Positions 36,376 through 51,041 are shown, counted from the first letter of the stretch. The stretch: 61,258 nucleotides of DNA from Phoronis australis (GCA_002633005.1 NMRA01000770.1:96163-157420); one strand, 5' to 3'. The notes: generated from the letters alone by a model not told the origin. A program made the numbers and translations.

Positions 36376-39300
36376 TTTCCAATGATATTTTCCATCAGTT
36401 TGCTGTCTGACTAAGAAAATAAAAAATAAAAATGAGCAATTTGTTTGTTTTCAAGCAACAATTAATAGAAAGAAACACACCATCGGCTACTTTACAGAAC
36501 CTGACTACTTCCGGTATGCAGCTGTATCCCATAAACCTCATGAAGTGTCTTCATTATTTTTTGCAAATATGTTTCTATGGCGATTGAATCAGTGGACGTC
36601 CATTGTTAGATACTTCGGCTACTGCTGACCCCCTGGTGGCAGTTTCTGTAACCAGATTTCTTAGTGAATCGAGGAAACTATTGCGCATGCATGCTTGAGA
36701 ACAAAGTTTCAGTATTAATCTAATATTCTATTACGATATTTTGTTTTCTGTCCACTACTGTGTCTGAGGATGACTTTTGATCAATATCAAAACGTCGTTT
36801 GCATGCTCTACTCTAGCGTGGTTTTTGTTTTCCACTTCTTACTTCTAAATTGGCCAAAATTAATATTATTTAGATGCATATTTCAGATGAGTCTAACCTG
36901 TGCTGCCACACCAGAGACAGGTTTAGCACTTTTAAAATCGTTCAAATATCAAACCTTTGCCTGAGGTCCCCGTCAGGTGCAAACTGATGCTGTGCTCCGG
37001 AAACGTCCACCTTATCACTTGGTAATAATTACATAAAATATATAAAGTCATTTTAATCTGAGTTTTGTCATTTTTATATGATGCTAATCGTTAAATCGAT
37101 TACACCCAAATCTGATTTTGTCACTTGTTGTTACACTACCATAAGACATAAAAGTGACATTTCTTAAAATATTGGACCAACAGATTTTCAAAATTTTATT
37201 GTAGCCAAAGCTTACACCTAAAAATTGATCCCAAGCCTAAATGATAGTCAAGCTCGTTTGTCCTTACCCGATCAACCCGCTAAAAGTCCACCGACTCAGA
37301 AAACTTTACTGACAAAATTCCTCTGACTTTTTATTTATTACTCTATATAAAGTGCTGTAATCAGTTTCACACTTTTGCTTAATTGTTTGATGACACAGCC
37401 CGGGAATAAGTCCTTGCTGGCGACTTGGTTAAAATTGAAGCAATATTATGAATTTTTTGTTTTGCTGCTAAAACTTGTCAACAAAAGCAAAGTTGAATTT
37501 CGACTACTCACCGGAGATCCAAAATGGCGGACGCCCATTAGCGAAAAATGATAGCCCCCTGAGATTAATTAAATGAAATAGAGATTATCGCAGCAACCTA
37601 GAAGCACAAAAATACTTTCATATACGAGCACAGCGCTCCCTATTAAACTCGAAAAATGTAAAACTTAGATACAATTTATTTTTGTGGCAAGTTTCCAGTT
37701 AATAAAACAAGCCGTTTATTTTACTTGTTTTTTAAGTGAAAACTCATAACTCTGTAGAATGTCAACAAAGAAACGCTAGGTTTCCAACTACATTCATCAG
37801 TTCATTGTTTCACAGGTCACGTGGCGTGTCCCTTTAAAGCAACGGTAATCCTGTATTTTTTCTGTGTATGAGCGCATTTTTGACATCTGTGATGAAGTTA
37901 CGGCAAGTAAAATGTAGAGAAAATCCATGACCAGCCATTATAAGCGTTATTTCGGAAAATCGAAATTGCTTCTATACGCGAAGTAGGGTTAAGTTACGAG
38001 ATTTTCTGTTTTTACTCAGAATGTCAAAATCTGGCCTATCTAAATTTTCATGTGACCTTATTTGATAACGACGAGTAAGCTCTTTATGTATGTTTACAGT
38101 TGCTTAATTTCTGTTTATAGGTAACGAACCCTCACACATAACACTAACGTTATTTTCGTTAGCAGGGCCCTTCACTCACTCCGACTATTACGTAAACCTC
38201 CCACGTATTATTACTGCCCATCACCACCAAGATAAAATTAAAATAAAAAATGAAATTATCTTCATGTTAGAAGATGTTTAAAAAGAAAATCTGAATAAAA
38301 CAATGTTAAACATATTTTTAAAATAAAACATATTCAAAAAGAAAGTTTGATGCAAAATAATGTTTAAACTATTTTTAATAATGATTTTATTTTGGTTTTA
38401 AAATTAAAACAACTTGTATTTTCAAAATATTTTAAAAGTTGTTTTACATCAGATTTTATTTTTAAACACGCTTTACTGTCAACCATTTTTGTAATTTTTG
38501 AACTTGTTTTACTTTCAAAATATTTTTGAAATTATATTATATCAAATTTTCTTTAAACACATTTTACTTCCAAATTGATTATTTTCTTTTTAAAAACCAA
38601 ATATTTTGAAATTGTTTTCTCTCATATATTTTTTTGAACATGTTTTACTTTAAAAGAGAACTTTCCTTATATTTTTGTTTTGTTAGCAATTAAATGCCAC
38701 ATCGGCCAATATCCAAACATTGTTCATTGTTGTAATGTCCCCGGATGATGGCATTGGAGACACTGCAAGCATTGGTGCAGGTATATTTGAATTTTTACCG
38801 AACGATGATTCTACATTGTTCCATCATATTTGTTGCCATGTCGCCCTCGTCAGTTCTGTGTAAATTTAATTGTCCTCTTCGGTGATTGCCGCTGTGATTT
38901 CGACGACGATATCCTCTGTGCCCTAGGGATTGTCCTCTTCTCTGCTGTTGGCAGTGGTGTTGCTGTCTAGACCTCGGGTCAGTGAGGTGTCGTTTACCTT
39001 GGCAAACTTAAAAGCTTGAAAAATGGTCAAAACTGTCACACGCGTGACACGTTTTGTCTGGCAACGAAAATGCAAGGGAAAACCAATGTAATTTTGGCGT
39101 AACTCAAACCCCCAACAGAGCAAAAGGGACCATTGCGACTGTTCACGTTACTGGCGTTATTTGGTGCCATCGAAATTTGAATGCTAATGAAAACGATAGC
39201 GTTTTAGTGAGCAGGTGAGCAGGATATTAGTGTAGTCGGATTACAATTTTTGACCTTTTGTGCTTGGGCAATTAAACTCCTTTCGTTGTCAAATATTGGC

Positions 39301-42300
39301 CACTCATAGTAAAGAAGATGTGCATTCTGAAAAGATTTTTAGGGAGGAAAATGAATAACAGAAAAGTAAATCACAGAGCAGTCTACTTCTTCGGTACTTT
39401 CCACGACTCGGATCACAACTTATGGCCTGATCTGTGTCCAGGATTTTGCGTCACTAGATAAGAGTAGGTAATTGCAGAATACTTGAACCAGTGATAACAT
39501 GGAGATATATTACAAACTAATCCATTGTTTTTAACTATTGCAAATGGATTTTGTACCTGGAAAACTGGGTTATCTGATAACGTCAGTTGCATGATGACTG
39601 GTGTTATTTATGTCGCTGAAGGAAAAACCGCTTCTCTTGCAGGATTGCAGGAAGTTGCCCTTTTATTTGCGATTCATGGCCGTTCCTAATACGTTATTGA
39701 TCATGCATGAAGTAGGTCGTTTTCAAATTGACAACAATTGGTATTTATTTCATACCTACAAAAATGGGTTAAAGTGATAAATTCAGGGGTGCAGAGACAT
39801 CGCAGCTGATATCAAGTGGACTTGGAAAACTTACACTTCAATGCTGTCACATGCTGCTGACAAATGCTGAGGTTATCTGTGGGATTACCCTCTCAACCAG
39901 GGAGTGGAAACTCAAATGCGTGTGAACGCCTTGATTTCCGCTTGTCCATGAAAAGAATCCTACGTTGACATCCTAAGCGGTTGAGATTGGGCAACTCGCC
40001 CGGCTTGCACACCGCAGAATTTGCCGGTTTACATTAAATACACCATTCTGTTGTGGTTAATTAAATTGCCTCATTTGGAAAGTTTGTAATTAGCATATTT
40101 GAATAGTTCGTGAAAAACACACGTGATTAAGTTTTTAAACATGCCTGGACAAGGAATGTCACTTTTACAATCTTTAATGTTGCAATATGTTCCTCATTAA
40201 ATCTGCTGAGTGTGCAACATAATTGGGTCAATTACTAAACTACTGCGCAAATTCACAAACCGTAGATCGAAAAATATCAAATTAAACTCATTGCTCATTA
40301 ACTTGGAAAAGTTCTCTTTTCACTTTTTTGATGTTGGTTTTTTGTAGTAACGCGCAATGAATTCTTGTTCACCAAAATGAATTGTTGGCTTGCCATTCCC
40401 GTGCATGCTACACAGACTATCTCAGTGATCCATGGGAACAGAATCTTAACTCCAGGCGTTGAAGTGTGTATACTTTTGGAATACTTTCTGTATCATTTTC
40501 ACCAGCCACCAGAAACTGGACTACCGGCCACGTTTCAACAAGAGATTTTGAAACAGCCCCACAGGCACTGTACCAGGGACCTCGGGACCTCACCAGCTAG
40601 TCGCAAGATTGACTATTAAAATGAACTTTTCCCGAAACTACATTATAGTAAAACGAACAGCGCAGGTACGAGATAAGCTGCCTGTCTCAAGTGAATCTTA
40701 GCTGAACCGTCCTAGTTCGTCGAATTTCAAATTTTCACACTATCGGATCTCAGCTACAGTAACTGTTACTTCAGACAGGTCCCAGCTACCGTCAGTGCGC
40801 TGGTCGTAGGTCCATTCTTACACTCCGTGAAACTTTGTTAGTTCACGGGTTACTCAAAACCTGACGGCTGCATCCTCAGGATTGTCCCCCAACCTATGGC
40901 GGATGTAGGGGAGGGAGGCTCCGTAAACCCGGCGGGAGTAGGGATAGGGGTGGTGCTGATAGCCAAGGGGGGTGGCGTTTGGCGACGTCGAAGTGGTTTG
41001 TGGTCTCCAGTAATTTTTGCCTTCCTACGGGCATGACAAGGCTCTAAATGCACCATAACAGTACATAAACTTTAGAGCCTACAGATACCATAAATGTACA
41101 AAACATGCACACAAATAAAGCCGAAATAATCGTATAACAGAATTTTATGAATTAAGGTCTAGGGCACCTGTTCGGAAAAATGCCTTTAATTTAGAGACCA
41201 AAAGTCTATTCCAAATAAACCCCCGGTCGTATATTTGGGGGTGACTAATATGCACTCGGGTGTATCAACAATGTAGCCGGCGAGCAACTGGAAAACTTCC
41301 GCGGCATTCTACTCGCTATGAGAGGAATACACAATATTTTTGACTTATGATTTACGCCAGAGGTAGGAATTCGTTGCTAAAACTTACTTCAATTACGGTT
41401 TTGTGTTCTTTTCCAATGACAGATTCAGGATTCAACCAAGCATTTTTTTTTCAAATAAACTCACTGAGCGTATTTTTTCAACCGATTCTTCCAAACTGGA
41501 TTCTTTAACACTTCAGTTTCCGATTCAAATTTTTCCGAAGACTTGTCACCTGGTCCTTCACTTGCCTTGACACATTTTTAAGGGCCCTCTTGGAAAACAA
41601 TGCTATCACTAAAGAGGTCACCCTCATTTTAAATATTACAACAAACACATAAATACATTTTAAAACTGAGCCCCCAATTTTATAGTCTCATCAGTTTTTG
41701 CCTGTTTAGCTTTCCATTCACTGCGTTGTTATCCGCCATGTCCACTTTAGGCATTTTGAGAAGATTGAACGTGAAGTTACACGAGTGTAAAACTGAAGAT
41801 AGCAACGTTGAAACTGATATTGTTGACCATGAAGTATTGCAAGAGTTGCTGAAATGTTCAGTAAACGATGGTCGCTGAAAAGTCTGGTCGCAACTTGTAC
41901 TTAACACTGTATTCAGACCTGTGCTCCAAACTCAGCACTGCGTGAATACTTGTTACCCAATCCGGTGTATGTTTAAAGGATATTGGTACCTCAAGCGGTG
42001 AAGCCACGGGTGACACTCGAAGAATTAGGACTATTCCGATTGTCAGCGTAAGATAAAAGTGCTACGTTTATGTAATTTTCAGACGTTGACAAGGTCGTGA
42101 TATGTTAGGGAGTCACCTTAAAAGAGTGGCCCCCAGGGGCAGTTTGCCGCTTGTACGCCACTGCACTAAATTCCGCGTACGTTTTTGTGCAATGTGCTTC
42201 AGGGACGGTTCTTGGTTCCAAAAAGAATCTTAACTTAGTATTTTCATTACAGATATGTTGTTACATTGTCTTAACTCGTATTTCATGAGCCATCCATATT

Positions 42301-43140
42301 CATGCTGGGCAAAAAAAAACTGGCAGATCACATTCACGACATGCCTCAAATAATATTAAAGATGGAAGCGCATTTTCTCACCTGCCCCACATACAAAAAA
42401 CTACCTATACCGAGATTTTCTGATCGGTGACCGGGTTACAGGCCTGTCGTTATCAGAGTTATATATAGAATTACTGACAGGTGATAACAAGACGGTGCTC
42501 ACCTGATGAAGTCACGCAATCCAGCAAATATGTTGTAAACAGCAAGTCTGGTGATAACCGATATTTTAAAATTACGGTTTGCGAACGACTTTTACCAAAA
42601 AAATCAAACGGAGGAAAACGAGTTTGAGAAAAATTAATTCAACTTTCATCTACCGAAGTTCCTAAATGTGTGTCTGTTGGCCCTGACCCACTCAACCAAA
42701 GCATTGCGTACCAACACAATAGGCTTGTTTGCCAATTTTAACAGAGTTTAATTGATTCTAAATCAGATGGCGATTTGGGATTTTTTAGTTTTAACGGGCC
42801 CCAGGGGATTCTTACGAGCAGTTTTCGAATGGTTACATGTTGTTGTGAGCGGTTTGTGACTCTTTACTGGTTAATTCCGGGTAAATCATTCCGTGGACGA
42901 TCGCTAAAAGATTTTTGATGTGTCAAAAACTGTCTTTCCTTTCACCTAGGACCAATATCATCTATATTACTCCCAGCCTTTCAATGAGCTTTACGAGTGT
43001 CTAGTGAGTTGTTGCGTTTTTGACAAGTTATAGACAGACGGGTGAGACTTGGCGGTACGTAAGGACTCCGAGTAAAAACATGTAGGTAAAGACAGCATTG
43101 AAATGTGAGTCAAAAACCCTCAGCTCAATTAAAGATACTA

Positions 43141-43944
43141 TACACCGGTGACCTAAAGTCGTGAATATAAGCATAATAAGTGCCGATTGTCATACTACCC
43201 AATGTCCGTTAGCAACTGCTCATGTGATGTCATGGACATATGCCAGCCTTCACAAATCGTGTTTTGACAATCTTAATCCTTGTTTGTCTCCGTAAGCAGA
43301 GTTTTGAAACGGTCGCTGATATCGGCGGCCATTTTGAATGAGGCCCTAAAGTCGTGACCGTTTCGGTTAGACGGAAATACACGAAGTAAGACCTCACAAG
43401 TCAACTACAGTGCGTACAGTTACTCTAGATGACATAAAGATGCATTGCATTGTTTATTAATTCAGTTTCAATTGAAATAAATTGTTTCAAGTTTTGCACC
43501 CAACTTTGATGTGCACAGACGTTTTCAATGAGGTTGTTCACGTAAAACGCTAAGAACCCAGCATCAATTATCGCTCTGTATTTTATTGTTTTGGCCTTAC
43601 AAAACTTGATCAACCCTGAGACATTTTGATACATTGTTCAAGCTACCCCTGGAGCGCGTGTTTGAGTAAATCTGACCGATAAATATTTTCGAAAATATAT
43701 CCCGAAAATGCCCAAAAAAGTGAATTAGTGAAATATGTTGTTTTTAAGATACATTTGAAAAAAGAAGCCACTCACTCACTGTTTGTTATCATATTGTGAA
43801 TACGAACACGTCCGGGTATTCGTTTGGCGTTCGTAAGCAGACGAACGCTGAAAACTTCAACGCCAGATGTCGCAGGACCGCGCAGAAGAGGAAATAAGAT
43901 CGTTCACGACTTTAGGGCACTCACGACTTTAGGGCCTCTGACGG
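43141..43944. mobile_element. Non-autonomous Tc1/mariner-pogo-like element
   Basis: Right end ...cacgactttagggcctctgacgg|TA; CCTAAAGTCGTGA motif recurs in the opposite orientation at the left, where the end is decayed. Confidence 0.55.
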
Positions 43945-44711
43945 TATATCCGTTTCATTTTTGTTAAAAACTTCACGAAACGGATCTTTACGCAAACAAT
44001 TTTATTCTAAACCTAAAGCACTGTCACCATGGACATTTTTTCTTTTTGTTCATTTTATGTGATCAATCGTTTTGACATGTAATAAAACACGTCTTAAACG
44101 TCGTGCGAAGCACGTTTTTCATGTTATGAGGGTAATAGATTGTGACAACTCCTACAGTCCAGGTTTAGTCTGCTTCCTTCAGCTTCACCCCCCACAGTGC
44201 TGCGTACGGGCATGAGTTGGGCGTCTGACACCGGTCCTCAGAGTCGGGCAGGCGAACGAAATGTCTCAAGACTTAAAAAACTTCTAATGATTTGAAAAAG
44301 TGACTTGCTCGTAAGCATCTGTTGCGTTATCGCGTGGACTCAGCTCACGGGAGACTATAATTGATTAAAGCGCCATCTATACATCTACATGTACATCATC
44401 TATACAAACAGGCTCGCGTGAAAGAATTCCCTTAACGTGCGTTGGAGTTCGGTATCATTTTCTGTGAAATCAAAGAATGTTCTAACTTAGCTTAACAAAA
44501 TGGACTTAAATTCCTGTCGTCAAAATATTGGCTTCAACATTCGGTCGCAGTTGAGATAATACCAGCTATTGACCGACGGGAAATGGTCTGGTTATATTTA
44601 CGATGGGGAATGACAGGCCCTTTGATTTTCAGAGCAAATAGTGACATGTAAACGTTATGGATTTTCTTCGCTGGCAAAGGAAATAAATACACAAAACGTA
44701 CCGAGAGTGGG

Positions 44712-44820
44712 GTAGGTGAAGTAATATCCCACGAGACATAATTGATTCCGCGTATCGACCTCGACCTTCGGGTCTCGATGATACGCGGAATAATGTCGAG
44801 TGGGATATTACTTCATCTAC
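44712..44820. repeat. Hairpin/palindrome of about 110 bp
   Basis: gtgaagtaatatcccac...ttccgcgtatc / gatacgcggaa...gtgggatattacttcat. Confidence 0.8.
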
Positions 44821-45359
44821 GCCAATCGAGGTACATTTTGTGTCTGCCTTTGCAGTGGACTTTTGTCTCGTTTTCTCGGACTTTGTTTCTCTGAGGCGGA
44901 CCTTTGTGCACTTCGCCCCCCTTGGATGCGCGCACGTATTGATAACACGAAAACAATATACAACAAACAGACCAATTACCTAAATTTCCCGAAGGTACAG
45001 ACCACTTCTTCACCTTCTGTATTTAGCTCATTGAACATACAAAAGACACGCACGCACGCGCACACACTCACACACACACACGCGCGCGCGTATTTCGAGA
45101 GCTGCCCAGAGAATTAGAAACCATGCGTACTTTAGAAAACAAAAGAGCAGACAGGACAATCTCTTGCTAAATTTTTCATATGCCCAATTTCTGAAATATA
45201 GATATTTTCTTCTTGAATATTCACCTCTACTGAAGCACCTCCTTCTTGAATCTGTCGATTGAGATAGAAGCAGGTCTTAGTCTTTAGTGGATATTTTCCC
45301 AGAGTTATGCGTAAATAAATTGTATCGGAGTTGTGCATATTAAAAAACGTCTGTAGACG

Positions 45360-45665
45360 CAGAGGCTGATTTAGGGAGGGAGGCCCCCCTTGGCTGCCGC
45401 CAAAAATAAAACAGGAAGACAGCGAGAGCGTGAAAAAATATTGAGTCTATTAATCAACCCTGGTAATGACAAAGAGGCCGAGACAGGGAGTAGGAAGCGT
45501 CTTCCCGTTTTATTTTTAATCGTGCGACTGCATTTCATCAAGTATGTCCACGCTTTCTCAATGCCCAGAAGTCCAAGCCCTCCTTCAGCGCATGCAGTCG
45601 TGCCTTACGCGATTGCCCGAGACAAAGTGTTGCCCCCCCCTTATGGTATCCTAGATCCGCCACTG
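45360..45665. mobile_element. MITE of the CAGTGGCGGATCT family
   Basis: Right TIR TAGATCCGCCACTG; 5-bp TSD AGACG. Confidence 0.75.
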
Positions 45666-46108
45666 AGACGAGAGATTAAATAAAGATTGTGTTTTGTCAG
45701 ATAACCAATGACTGACTGCAGACAAGAAGTTATGTTTCGCCATACACTTCCAGTTGAGATGGGTCACATTTTCTGGCTCTTTTTTTACAAAATGTACAGA
45801 GATCTGATGTCTTGACACAAATCTTGACTACAATACATTTGTTGACACAATTCTACGAAGGAACCTTATCTGGAACCACTTAAACTTCGTGTCACAAGTA
45901 AAATTATGGGACCAAGTGTACACTCTCTCCATCACGTGGGTGAATCAGTGACGTTGATCTGCTACTCTCTCGTCAGAACATGGTTGGCTGTTGTGAAGGC
46001 ATTCAGTTAGTTGGGAATAATACACTTTTCTTCGCAAAACATTCTAACACTGTGGAGAACTTTGAAATCCTAATCGTAAACTTCGCATTTCTGGAATCTT
46101 GAGTCACT

Positions 46109-46185
46109 TAGTTGCTCTTGTTTATCAACTACTCTTTCTAATTCCGCTCGCTAGAGGTCGTGGCGGGAAAGGTGAGCAACCATGG
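46109..46185 (-). pseudogene. Decayed partial duplicate of the SLC1A terminal exon
   Basis: Aligns with about 46411-46486 (tagttgctcttgttt...gaggtcgtggcgg.aaaggtgagc). Confidence 0.7.
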
Positions 46186-46355
46186 AGATGTATCCAATAG
46201 TCACTTTCAGGAATCCCATATTTTGAGAACCAATTGGATGTCTGCTATTTAGTAGACAAAAGCGGTGCTCGAACTGCGGGCCGTCTGTAAGAACCTACCA
46301 TAATACTACCATAAGGGTGGACACGTAAGTGAAGAATTCACTAATGTTTTTTCAA

Positions 46356-46536
46356 TCAAACAAGTTCTTGTGCCTCGGTTTTGCTGTTCGGGTACATGTC
46401 GGTCAGAGGTACTAGTTGCTCTTGTTTGTCGTCTACTCTTTCCTCCGTTTGCACGAGGTCGTGGCGGCAAAGGTGAGCCACGATGGCGGCACCAAAGCTG
46501 TCGCCAAGAATGTTGGTTACGGTTCGAAACCTTCCC
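46356..46536 (-). CDS. SLC1A: SLC1A terminal exon (TM8 and C-tail)
   Basis: GRFRTVTNILGDSFGAAIVAHLCRHDL...QELV then stop. Confidence 0.92.
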
Positions 46537-46837
46537 CTGAAACCACAAAATGAGAGTAACATGTCTTCACCTTGCTTCGCGTATACATAGTGTTTAGAAT
46601 GACAAATCCTAATACAAAACTATCGTCCTGAAGTGCTGCAAAGCAATTGCTTTACGTGGAGGCATATATTAAATTTTTAATCAACACACCAACTAATACT
46701 CATGCCACGGCCCCTGGTGGTGATATTCCTGGGATGAAAAGAAAGCATAATGGTTGATCATAAATGTAAACCAAACAATAAACATGCACAAATATATGGC
46801 AGAATGCGGTGAACGCAAGACGCCAATTAATACTTAC

Positions 46838-46972
46838 GTTAACCAGTCCACTGTCAAAAGCAAGCTGACATTTTCTACTGGAAATCCTGCCGATTCCAAA
46901 ACCATGATTAGCATCACTATGCCTGAGCCCGGCACGGCGGCAGCACCAATGCTGGCGAGGACTGAAGTAGCA
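46838..46972 (-). CDS. SLC1A: SLC1A exon (HP2-TM8)
   Basis: ATSVLASIGAAAVPGSGIVMLIMVLESAGFPVENVSLLLTVDWL; 135 nt, canonical splice sites. Confidence 0.92.
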
Positions 46973-47834
46973 CTGTGAAAAACGAAATGAGCAATGCATC
47001 ACCACAGACTTGAAATGGATGTAACATTTAACAATGACTTTAAAGAAATACTTCCGGACTTTCTCCAACTTCATGACTTTCTGTGAAAAATGGAATACAA
47101 TTACAATGGCACGTCACCCACTCGCTCGCACTACATCGAGCTGTGAAAGCAATTACAAGCATAGGATTATCTGCCGATATCATTCTCTAACAATGAATTA
47201 GGACCTTTATTGAAATTGATAAAACAGCTGGGTACGCATGGAAATGTTGTCTATTGCTGTAATAAACAAAGGTAAATAAAAAACGGCTATATTTCGAGCA
47301 TGGTTATCTCATCTTCAGACTTCATTACGTGTAAATTGAGACATCGCTAACACAACAGGTCACAGTACGGCTAGGTGCCTTGAGTGTTAGTGAAGATGAG
47401 ACGTGAGGCGATTCACTAACTTCTCTTTACCTGCTCATTGTAGAATACACTCTTTCACAGTGCTACGAAAGGTAGCACACTCGTATGTTGTTTAACATGG
47501 CTTCTCATTGGTTAAAGTAATAAAGGCGACGTTATTCCTATTGGTTGAAATCTGGGAAACCCCTTTCAGTTTACTCTTTCGTAGTGTGGCGACCACCTTT
47601 GACTTGAATAGTTGCAATTTATGAACACCAGCTGTTTTCGAAATACACAAAATCGAGGGAACTTCGAACCAGTGGCTTCAACAGTACACACCATGGATTT
47701 TTGCACATTTCGAATTACCGGTGGCCACAGACTAAATGTATGACGTAAAATTTAGCCAAATCCATGATTATTTTGTGCCATTAGCTCGAAATTTTGATTT
47801 CTCTTTCAGTTTTGCCAATTTTCACATTTCCCGC

Positions 47835-48520
47835 CATGTGACATCATGGGTTGAACACAAGAGATCAGCGACTAGCATTGAACAACGGCGGAGAGTAGGG
47901 AATTTGAAAGCGACAACGATTATGAGCAAGAAATGTACAAATACTATGAAGAAACGTACGAGAATGGTGGCCAGGATGACGAAATGGGGTTTCACGAAAG
48001 CGAGAACGAGTTTGATATGTTTTCAGCTGCGTACTTTTCTAATTTGAGGCCTTACGAACTGGATCCTCCCGCGAGAGAAGCGGCCTCGGTCTCGGCCAGT
48101 CAAACCAGTCATCCAACAGACGATCCTGAATAAAGAGCCGATGTTTTTGAATACTAAATATTGTCCTTTATTGAACCAGGTCTTCATCGTAACATCTCTG
48201 ATTGGAGTCGAAACACGACTCCTCAAATTGGGCAGAACACAGAGTGGCCCCAGACAGAATCGCTTGGTCCACGCTGAGGTCCCACATTCTCATTTGGCGC
48301 ACGAAGCGATGCCACTACTGCGCAACTTTGGCGTCCTTCGGAACACCGAGACGTTCTCCGTCTGATTGCTGTTGCTGCAGCCTCTGCAAACACATCTTTT
48401 CATCCCTCTACGAACCTTCTCGACGCTAAATATACTTTACTTTCACTTCACTCTATACACTTAGTTGCTGATCTGAACAGTGTGCCGAACGACTTGGGTT
48501 CAACCCATGACGTTGTACAT
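47835..48520. mobile_element. Internally deleted Kolobok-like relic (THAP on minus, acidic ORF on plus)
   Basis: Minus 48196-48403 MKRCVCRGCSNSN..PKD..WHRFV..LCSAQFEESCFD; plus 47933-48133 acidic ORF with LRPYELDP; inverted CATGGGTTGAAC motifs flank both. Confidence 0.65.
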
Positions 48521-49139
48521 AATTAGTATTTTTTTCAATTTTTACGTGTTTCTTTATGAGCTGTGCACTAAAGGTACTGAAATCAAGTAAGATATTATAA
48601 TAAATATAGATTATTACATGGCGAAGTCGTTATCCCCCGTTATCTAGAGCCCGAGTGGATTTTGGTGAATTATCGCCCGAGGGGCGTTATACCACATACT
48701 AAACGAGAAGCATTGCAATGAATCGATTTACTTTTTCTGACTCTCCACGGCTTTGTAACTACTTTCTATGTCAGAGGCCCGGGGTCGGAGGTCGTGACCT
48801 TTTAAGAAAAGCCCGGCTATTTTTTGTCAAATAATGCTTTTACACAACACCAACTGAAAACTTAAATATTATAGAAATAAATTGCAATTTATAAATTAAG
48901 GTTTACCAACTATTATAGCTTAAAACACGTTTTTTTCACGCTAAGCTTCGACCGGGAAATTNNNNNNNNNNNNNNNNNNNNNNNNNNNNNNNNNNNNNNN
49001 NNNNNNNNNNNNNNNNNNNNNNNNNNNNNNNNNNNNNNNNNNNNNNNNNNNNNNNNNNNNNNNNNNNNNNNNNNNNNNNNNNNNNNNNNNNNNNNNNNNN
49101 NNNNNNNNNNNNNNNNNNNNNNNNNNNATGACGTCAGTC

Positions 49140-49210
49140 GCTGCGTGGTGTAGTGGTAAAGTCGGCGACCAGCAATATTAGGGTCCCGGGTTCGACCCCG
49201 TCCACGGTTT
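49140..49210 (+). pseudogene. tRNA-like sequence (SINE head or tRNA pseudogene)
   Basis: A box TGGTGTAGTGG and B box GGTTCGACCCC; poor anticodon and acceptor stems. Confidence 0.6.
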
Positions 49211-51041
49211 CCCGCCAAATCGTTATCTCACTAGTGAGATAACTTTACGGGTTATTACACGGTTATATCTGCCATTAGACGCTAATATTGTGGTATAATA
49301 AAATTTATTTTGAGGTACTAGAGTCATGTGTGGAAGTGGTAGCGATGTGATCAGTATACTTCCGATCAAGGCATGCACATTTATGCCCACACAGAATTCG
49401 GTGTGTCGTCCATCATGTTTCCACAGGGCCACTTTTCAGTATAAGTGGCGCTGTGTCAGAGGGTACTTGCAGAACTGGCAACTATTTCCGGAGTTCGAGC
49501 CAATGTTTATTGAGAAATATAGTCAGCGAGGTCATGTATTTAATGCTGGATTTTTCCAAAAAGTTAGCTGTCAATTGTGAATTCTTAAGCAACGGGCTTC
49601 GGATTTAACAACATTACCACACTTCCTGATCATAAATTATTGCTGAATGTGCCGGAAACTCTAATCAAAGGCAATGCCTACATGTACTATTCAGCATTTT
49701 TAGGGTTGGCGAACCTCAACAAACTCTGAAGCGTGTTCTTGAGTCGCTGATTGTTTTGATGTCCGTGTTGGTGACGCAGATAGAGTCCTATCACGATAAA
49801 AAATGTTCCGGGACCGGGTTTTGCAAGACAGTAAAGGCCGAAATGGCTTTTGATTTTTTCGAACTATACAAAGATGAGGGACATACAAGTTTAAAACATA
49901 CGTGGCACCAACTTCCAACAGCGGATTACAAAGGCAACTGGACGGTCAAACCCGTATTAATCTATCGTGTTCGTTGTCTGGGAGTGACGTCACGGGTCAA
50001 GTCAAGAGACCCAGTTTATAGAACACGTTGTGGGTCGTTTGAATGGGCAGCGAAAAGGTTCAAAATAGACAACACTACCAATTAAACACGTTAGTTTTCA
50101 AACAGACAGGTTATTGACATGTTAATGTTTAATCTTTATAAATAAGAATTCTTATACTAGCAATACGTTGGTCACATCACGTGACCTATAGTTGAGTCTG
50201 AAGAGATATCTGCTACCCGACAGGTGCTTAACTATAGGTCACGTGTTGTGACCATTATATGGCGTGTATCAGACAAACAATTCTTACTTATACGATATCA
50301 ACACGTTGATATATCACAACACTGCCTTCAACCTGTGGGTTTCACTGCTTTACATGTACCTTGGAACTATCGTGCTAACGGTTCCGAGACCATTACTCGA
50401 GAGTCGACTAGAAATCGACCACACCGTGAAATTTGAAAGTCTGCTCTATCGTATACATGTACGCGCTTACTTGGACCCATGCGCTTGTTTGTGAAGCTGG
50501 ATCTACATGGGAATTTAGGCGAATGCGCTTTATGCGAAACACTTAAAGGATGCTTAACCCGAATTTAGCCTATTAACGGATACTAAAAACTACTTTCCCG
50601 TTCAGTTCTCTGAAACAAAATAGTGCTGTAACCCTCGACAAATCTAAAAACTCCTTTCAAAGCCTTCTCAACGGGCAAGCATGATATACGGCAGCTGTGA
50701 GAAAAGACCTCCCACCAAGGACCATAATGTCCAATTTGTGGTTGATTCCCGTTTTTTCTCTCTAGATTGACGCCAATGATGCGTTAGCAGCTAGGTGGCA
50801 GAACGAGGATTGGTTGAAGTCATCGAAACGAAATTTAGTGCGTGACCAAATGCAAATGACAACCGCCTGTGTCAAAAGATTCTTCTTAGGCATATTTGCC
50901 TGAATGCAAAGTAAAAATTGTTTAGGAAAACACATGAGTTGTGATACTAGAGCATGGCACGCGATTGGTCAATTTTCTCTCTTCTAGTCTCATGCTAAGG
51001 ACTACTGTCCAGTCTTACATATGGTGAACTTGTTTCCTTAC

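Noticed and set aside
49140-49210. Functional tRNA gene
   Set aside because: The anticodon and acceptor stems do not pair properly.
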